Below, piece after piece: positions 11,076-19,300 of a stretch of DNA of 64,000 bases (position 1 is its first letter; each line of letters opens with the position of its first letter). Below the pieces are notes generated by a model. The model worked only from the letters and a program-made list of their open reading frames with translations. It ran no database searches and was not told the DNA's origin. The translations under genes were made by a program, and so were the position numbers. The stretch spans positions 15,624,001 through 15,688,000 of the forward strand of contig CATNEN010000003.1 in the NCBI GenBank assembly GCA_950097015.1. The letters are read 5' to 3'. The stretch comes from Macrostomum hystrix. Taxonomy: Eukaryota; Animalia; Platyhelminthes.

Positions 11076-11735
11076 TATTGCATGCTCCAAGTAGAGAACT
11101 TGGAGTTCTGCTGAAAGAGCTGGGGTTGAGAGAGCAGAATGATTCAAGAAAATTCAGTTCACTTTTGGTAAGCTAAAGTTGGGAGAAGAGAGATCAGTAG
11201 GGAGGGGGTTTGTCTTGCACGCTCCAAATAAAGAAATAGGCAGACTGCTGAGGGAAAGAGATATAGGAGAAATTTGTTTTTAGTGGACACTCGAATTTGC
11301 ATCGTATCTTCGTAAGTAAATCCTGACTTACTTTAAACCATTTTCTCTGACTTTCAGCTGCTTTTTAACACTTCTTATATATTTGTAGACAAAATGTTTA
11401 ATGCAACTGCAGCCAGAATCACCATCTGAGAGGTTTTATAGATTCCATCAATCAATTCATTGTTGAGGAGCATAAGGATGACGTTAACGATATTCACGAT
11501 ATTCACAGGGCTGTTATCAGTAGGCATTTGTCTGGCAGACACATCGGTGCCAAACATCGGATAAAGAGTTCCATATTGCAGAGCTGTGATAGCAATTCCA
11601 TTGTTCTCTTTCACAGCCAAGTCGACCAACTCACTGTAAAATTTGCTAATCTTGTTCTGACTGAAATCTCCATTTTGTGGCAGTGCAGGGTAAAGATTAT
11701 CACTGATTTCATGCTGAATGGCTGAATGGACCATT
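10970..11735. repeat. Right arm of the ~760 bp inverted repeat
   Basis: Reverse complement of 6565-7325 with a few small indels. Confidence 0.95.
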
Positions 11736-11743
11736 CTTTATCC

Positions 11744-11921
11744 AGGGATAAAGAATGGTAATCCCTGGGTTAGGGGAAGAATGGGAATCCCTGGGGTAGG
11801 GGAAGAATGGGAATCCTTGGGGTAGGGGAAGAATGGTAATCCTTGGGGTAGGGGAAGAATGGGAATCCTTGGGGTAGGGGAAGAATGGGAATCCTTGGGG
11901 TAGGGGAAGAATGGGAATCCC
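11744..11921 (+). repeat. 26-bp G-rich minisatellite, ~7 copies
   Basis: ggggtaggggaagaatgggaatcctt. Confidence 0.9.
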
Positions 11922-13014
11922 TACTGCTCACGACGAAGCTGCTCATGATCCTCTTCGTTTTTTAAAAATATTTTTTATGCGTTGTGTTTTATTGAGTGAC
12001 GACCAGAAGTCAATTGTTCAGGGAATACTTTATTTCAATATTCCTAACCTGTCGATAATTACTCGTATTTACATATAATAGTTGACTTCGCAATGAACAA
12101 CTTCTATTGTCCGTTCCAGATATTTAATCGGGATTAGTAAGACAAAATTAAAGATAAACAAAATGTAAAAAGGTGTGCGAATCTTTCTGAAGAGATGAAT
12201 AAAGTTCCCCAGTAGGGTGGCTCTATTAGCAACACAAGCATTGGCACAGTTCTTTACTTCTGCTGACCTTCCCGCCTGTTGCCTTCGCTCTGCACCGTAA
12301 AAACTCGCTGCGGGAAAATTTTGTGCGGGAAAAACTGCGGGGAAAGCTCGGCGAAAAAAAATTCCAGCGGGAAACTCTCGCGCTCCCCAGTAAGCCCAAA
12401 CTGGTGACAATCATGCTTTGTTGTTACCTTCCGCCCGTCAGCATGGAAGACCTTGGAGTCACACAGCATTTTTGTTTTGGGCTGCGTTCCTTCTTGCAGC
12501 CGAGGCTCAGGCCTGGCCTGAACAAACGACCGCTGGTTAGGACAGGGAGCTCTGCATCTAGAAACTGGAGAGATTCCAACCCCCATTTTCCGGATCCCCA
12601 TGGGCTGACTGGCTGTCCGAAATTCACATGGGCAGATAGGAAATTCTGATGCATTACTTAGAGAAAAGCACTGGGCAACAGACTTTCAAAATGTCTGTTT
12701 CATTAGAAAGCAGATCGAATTCTGTACACTTCAGCTGAAGCTCGTGCGTCTACCTGTTTTAGCTACTGAGCTGTGCTTAAATAATGCTTAGGGAAAAATG
12801 TCACTCAGCAGTGCACGACCTTGGAAAGTTGAGATGAGGAAACATTTTATGCATTGGCCAATTTTACCGACATTTTGCATACTTGCATCAACGCCCATCG
12901 AGTAAAGAAAAAAGTTTTCAGCATTTCAACTTTGCGATTTTCGGTCCTAAAGAAGACAATTTTTGTTGTCATCTATGAGAGAGGAGAGAGAGAAAAACAT
13001 AGTGGATTTCAATG

Positions 13015-13290
13015 GGGACATTGAGTTGAGTTTAAACGCTCATTGAGTTTAAAACCCAGAAGAAAGTGTGTGGCCTTGTTATTTTTTTACAGAACTTAGC
13101 AGGTATTTTTCTACTCTAGGCAATTTATAAAATCAAAGGTTCGGATAACCAAAGTGACTGGTGTCATTCTTGGAAGTCCGTTGTTTGCAGAAAGCCACAT
13201 TTTTCATGTCACATGTGCTGACGCTAAATATTAACCCGAATCCCGGTTGCAGCGCTTGATCCCGACCAGCCGTTGGTAGCAACGCTCCCA
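13015..13290 (+). promoter_or_regulatory. Upstream/promoter segment shared (inverted) with copy A (5926-6185)
   Basis: gacattgagttgagtttaaacgctcattgagtttaaaacccagaagaaagtgtgtggcc.. and gtcacatgtgctgacgctaaat.. are reverse complements of 6060-6185 and 5930-6000. Promoter role is inferred only from position. Confidence 0.55.
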
Positions 13291-13325
13291 GCGGCTCCCA
13301 GACGGCCGAGAGCAGCAGCTCCCAG

Positions 13326-16300
13326 ATGGCCGAGAACAGCGGAGGCTCCCAAATAGCCGAGAACAGCGGAGGATCCCAGATGGCCAAGAACAGCAGCTCC
13401 CAGATGGCCGAGAACAGCGGAGGCTCCCAGAGGAGAGCCGGCATGGAGGAGGTCCGAGAACACATTCAGCAGTGGATGCAGTGGAGTCAAAAGGCTTCGC
13501 AGCGGCAGCAAGCAGACAGTCAGGAGCCGAAGCCTTGCATGCTGATGGTGCCACCCACATTCATTCCTGAGTACAAAGCTTACGGAGAAGACTCTGCTAG
13601 TAAGGATGAAAATGATCAACGGCTCGGGGACCGTTTGGAGCTGGAGGTGTTTAAGCACCTGCAGTCAATCGAATCGTTTGGAATCGCATTGCACAAAGTT
13701 GATGCCCAGGTTTATTCCCATAGGGATAAAACAACAAAGACAACAACAACATTCCAAATGGATGAAACATTGAGACCAGAAGGGAAAAACTGCGACTTTG
13801 TGTGCCTGTACAGCGAAGGAATTCTGCTGATTGAGTGCAAGGCGGGAAATTCAAAGGCAGATGCTTCTGAACAATTCAAGGCAACTTTTGATTGGATAGA
13901 TAAAAAAATATTCAATCACTTGAATATCACAGAAGGCGAACGAGAAAACTTGAAGTTTCACAAAATCATGGCTAAATACAATAAGTCAAACAATGAAGAT
14001 GAGTTTCAGCTTAGGTTTGTCCCAATACCAGAAGACGGACAGTTTAAAGGTTCAGAAGAAGGAACCAGCCACTTGAATAACTTCTTTCAGCTCTCCAACG
14101 ATGCTAAACCTGGCCTTTTGAGTCCTTCTGGGCAAAAATTTATCGATCTGGTCAAGCTGCTGGTGTTTTCCCGTCCTGAGCACCACTACTCAAACGCCAA
14201 GCACATCGAGTTCCTCAACGACAAGCTCTGGAGGCAGGAGCTGTGGACAAGGAAGATTTTGGGACTCAGAGATAAGGAAAGCCCGAAAGACTTCAAGGGC
14301 CACGTGTTCTTCTCGCAGGAACAGAAGGAAGTCCTGAGCAGTTCTGAGCAGTGCCTGCTGATCAGCGGATATTTAGGCACAGGAAAGACCACAGTGCTGT
14401 TCCAGACTGCCATTGAGAGAGCTCTGGGCGGCAAAGAATGCCTGCTGGTGGCATCTGAGGATGTTCTCAACGATTTTGAGGCATTCTGGAACACTTTGCT
14501 GATCCCTATAGTCGTCGATGAATTAGAAATTGATAAATTCGATAGTATTGTTAAAGAGTTGGAAAACTCAACTCGCCCAGTGCTCCTGTTTGGAGAATGC
14601 GATCGGCTCAATGAGGTACGAAATAATGAGATAATTGAAAGTGAAGAAATTGATAATTTCGATGAGCTGAGGAAGACAATTACAGACGACCATACTCGGT
14701 CATGCTACCTCTTGCTTTCAAAGAACAATGACAAATATTACAAGGAATTCATGGAGACTGCGAGAGCAAGGATTACTTGCATGAATTGGAGCCTGTTTCT
14801 AAGAGAATTGGAGCTCTGTTCAAAGCTTCAAAGTGAGGCATTTATGTCTGATAAAGAAAAACTGACCAATGCAGAAAACGATGCCAAAAATAAGCGAGAG
14901 ATGGACGATGCGATTGATAAAAGAGAAAAGCTCGCAGAAAAGTTAGTGCCGCTATTTCTTGACTTCCTAAAACAAAAGTACAAGGAAGTACCAGGTTTAC
15001 TCCTTGACGACTTTCCAGTTTTCTGCAGCAGGGAACATCAGTGCATCAGGGAAGCGCTGCTTCAGTTTGTGCTGTTCAGAGCCAAAGAGCAATCATTCAC
15101 TTGGCTGACTGCTCAGCACAGACCCCATGGCATTCAGTATCCATGGGAAGGTGACGAACTCATTTTAAAGGACCGCAATGCTCCCATAGAGGATGTCAGC
15201 CCTGATCTGTCCGACATTAAACAGCGGCTCACACAGCACCAGCCAGACCAGCAAAGTGGAACAGAAAATGCAGTGCTCAAAGAAGTTCAGCTACTTCACA
15301 TCGCACGGAACACCCAAAACATCGCCGACTATTGGCAACAGGGAATTCAAGCTTCCAGCAGGCTAAAAGTGCAAGTGGCTCATCAGTATCCCGGCTATCA
15401 AGTTCAGGAAATCAAGTTTCACAACATCACTGACCTCTTGCTCCAATTGAATCACTATCTGAGCAGATCAATTCTCAGATACTTGAGTTTGGATGATGTT
15501 GTGCTGATTACAAGCAACTCGGTGTACTCACGCTTAAAAGTACTAAAAGAACCGATCTGTTTAAAGTTTGAGAAGATGAGAATTGAAGTTCGAAAGGACG
15601 CTATACGTGAAATACATAAATACAAAAAAAAGAGAGAGAAACATATAACTGACGTTCCTCAAATTTTATTTCAGAAGTTTTCAAAAAAAGGCCAGGTTGT
15701 CGAATCACGGTCTGTTAGGGTTGTTAGTGTCAGCGATGCCGTCGGCTGTGAATATCCGGTAGTGATTTACCTACACGGCAATTTCTCCCAGTATCCCAAT
15801 CAGCTGGGATTTACAGAGAATTTCGAATACATCGAGAAGCGCTTCGCAGAAGGCGCCAATTGCGACTGCGAGAGCCGCTACGGAGGCTACGAAGAGGCCA
15901 CAGCTGGGCTGGACTTGGCCATGAGCTGGGCACAGCACGCAAACGCTCTCATGGCCTGCTCCCGAGCTCGAGTCAAGCTCTACGTGTGCGCCCACCACCT
16001 GTCACCGTTCTGGCACGACAGGCGCTTCTGCGCTCTCAAGCAGGACGTGGGAGACAGAGCTCATGACGGAGTCGACTGCGTCAATTCGGTTGTGCAGGCG
16101 CTGCACTGGATGAGGCTGATGGAGCCCACCTGCCTGCCTGGGAGACTGGACAGCCTGCTCTGCGAACTGCTCGACTCGATGCAGTCGATGGGGTCAAGTG
16201 GCGGAGACCAGAAAATGCTTCAAGGACCGGTCACTGCCCTGCTGCAGCATGTGCAAAGCAAGAGCAGGCAGTTTGCTTTGGCTGTTGAGAGAGGCAGACA

Positions 16301-19300
16301 GAACCGACTGCTGCAGCAGCTTCTGGATAGTCAGCCGCCATCATCAGTTGCTGCTCAAGCGAGCAGTCTAGAAACCACCAAGTCCTCGGCTCGGCCAGAG
16401 AATCTAGACGGCCAGATCTTCACGGTGAACCTCCGTCCAGTGCGGACAACGTTCCAGGAGCTTCAGAAACTGCAGAAGAAGTGTTTAGGGCCGAGTTGCC
16501 AAAATGCGCGCAAAGTTGACGTCGGCAGTGCAGGAGCCGTCTCCGTCGTTCGCTTCGTGAGAACTCCAAGTCAAGTGGCGAGCAGAACTCTGACTGAGCT
16601 GTGCAAGGATGAGCAGCTCGGAGAGCCACTGATGGCCGTGACTTCTCGAACTGAGAGTAGAAAAGAATTAATTGATGTCATTCTGAAAGTGGAAGATCAG
16701 TGGCAGCGACTTTTTTACAATGAGTCTAAGAAGTTTGTGATAGAAGGGACCAATCATTTTCAAACTTCGGTAGAACTCGTCATTTTTGCCAAGCTTGAAG
16801 AGATTCACAACGCAGAATCTTCAGACACGACAGGAGAGCAAACGACGCAATGTCATGCAGAAAACTTTCAGCAGCAACTTCTAAAACTTTTGACAGGCAA
16901 TAAAGTGCAATTTACTAACCGTCTGAAGACTTTACTGGCACTCTTAAAGTCCATTTTGAATAAGCATCAGAATCAGAATCAGAATAAGCATCAGAAGTTC
17001 TTAGAAGTTGTCGCACTACTACAAAATCGGATGGAGTCCGGAGTGAATCAGTTTTCTTATTTTTCCTGCTGCTGCTGCGAACGAAATTGTGAAGTGGAGT
17101 GGACCCAACGGCAAGGTCACCAACAGCAGCCTGCGATTAAGTCTTTAAGATCCGAGTTTTTTTCGAACGGACCTGACATCATCAACAAAACTTGGCTTAG
17201 AGAACACATCTTCGATAGGCATTTAACTGAGGATAAGCATATGCGTGATGAGCTGCAGGGTGGTTCAAAATGCTGTCAAAAACGTTCCTGTGAAGTTCAG
17301 AAGTATCCAAGCTTCACTGTGGTTCGCTTCGTTGAAGATTCTGGATGCCACGACATAGAGAAAACTCTCAACAGTCTTCTCAACCTTCAGCAGCAACCAG
17401 CTCAGCAAGGTGACAGTCAGCAGCAACCAGCTCAGCAAGGTGACAGTCAGCAGCAACCAGCTCAGCAAGGTGACAGTCAGCAGCAACCAGCTCAGCAAGG
17501 TGACAGTCAGCAGCAACCAGCTCAGCAAGGTGATAATCAGCAGCAACCAGCTCAGCAAGGTGACAGTCAGCAGCAACCAGCTCAGCAAGGTGACAATCAA
17601 CAGCAACCAGCTCAACAAGGTGACAATCAACAGCAACCAGCTCAGCAAGGTGATCATCAGCAGCAGCAACCAGCTCAGCAAGGTGACAGTCAGCAGCAAC
17701 CAGCTCAGCAAGGTGATAATCAGCAGCAACCAGCTCAGCAAGGTGACAGTCAGCAGCAACCAGCTCAGCAAGGTGACAGTCAGCAGCAACCAGCTCAGCA
17801 AGGTGACAATCAGCAGCAACCAGCTCAGCAAGGTGACAGTCAGCAGCAACCAGCTCAAAGGTGGGACGAGCAGCTCAAAATTCCTTTGCTGGCCCTGTTG
17901 TCAAGACGGACTCGAGCTTTGGGCAAAGACGATGAGACGAGTCCACTAAGTAAAGAATTCGGGATTGCCTATAATTGCCCCAGCGAAAGATTGCCTGAAA
18001 AAGAGAAAGGGCATTCTCGTTCATTGAATTGTCAGGCGCAAAGTTGGAGTTTGCTTGGGTATATTGATCGATTTGAAACGGCATATGATGGCAAAGTAAA
18101 GTTGGATTGGAAAGATTGGGAATATATTGAACTATTAGTTTTCGATAACAAAAAAGAACAGCCAACTTCTGAGGGTCAGCAAAGTAAACTTCTCTCACAC
18201 CTCCATGACTCAGTTGAACATCTTGCCAAGGTATGGCCACACTACTGGCAAAATTCAGAAAAAAATAATGGGTGTGAACCAAATGAAAGAGACAAAAGAT
18301 TTAATGAGTTTCTGGAAACAATACTTAAAGAAAATGGTAAATCTGAATGGTTGGAACAGCCTTTAGAGCCACTATCAGAATTCGTCTGCGTGCACACCTG
18401 CACCTGCTCAGTGTACCAGCTGCCGGTGCTGACAGTCCCAATTCGACCAGTGCGCACCGTTCTTAGTGAGCTCAAGACCTCAGTGCACTCAGTGACTGCT
18501 CACGGATCTGGCCCTAGTGGAGTATCTGTTCTTTACTTCAGCCGTGCTCAACCAGAAAACCAGTCTAGCGTGAGTCTGTGCTCAGATCCACAGCTGGGAG
18601 AACCAGTTCTCACTTTGGGTCACTGTTCAAACTCAAGTACCTATGAGGTGCACGCCAGACTAAACGGAAGTTGGTTCCGCATCAAACCTGTCAAAGAACC
18701 CGACCCTTTTGAGCAAGTCTTCACGGCTGCAGCAGACTCAAAGCTGCTGATCGATCTGGTGGTGTTTCAGAAGGCTCAGAAACACGAAACAGGACAGTCA
18801 AGCTCGCTGATTCAGGACTTGAAAAATTTACAGAACAATCAGCAGCAGCAACTAGCTCAGAAAGGTCTGCAACAACAAATCGAGATTGATCCGATGAAAA
18901 AACTGCTGGATTCTCTGATGATGGAACTGATGAAAATCCTGAAAGACGCAACTGAGCCTTGTGAAAGAGGCTCTCAATTGTGTCACGACAAGGACCTTAA
19001 CGGAATGCTGGATTTTCTAAACTTTATTTTAGAGAAGTCAATGCAACCAGCAGTCACCACATTCCACGACAAGTGCCTCGAACACCATAGTCAAGATAAT
19101 TGTAAGTGTATGCCTTTTCTCCAACTGACACCGGGCAACATAGTTAAAAACAAATGTAACAAATGTAGCAATAATGCTACTGAATGCAGTAATGAGAACT
19201 GCACTGAAAAACGTGAGTTTAGCGTTCTCTACCGCGATAGAGTACGTAATCGTAATGGAAAAAATCAGAAGCCTGTACAAAACAACAACGATAATTTTGG

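Larger units (their letters stand above)
10758..11735 (-). pseudogene. Second copy of the major capsid C-terminus, split by a 620-bp insertion
   Basis: 11735-11494 encodes ..YGTLYPMFGTDVSARQMPTDNSPVNIV and 10873-10758 continues NIVTNIERAVTTPVDLYIFAFERKVKLNMINNSSSKV*. The 12-mer TCACGATATTCA is present at both 11494-11505 and 10862-10873. Confidence 0.6.
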
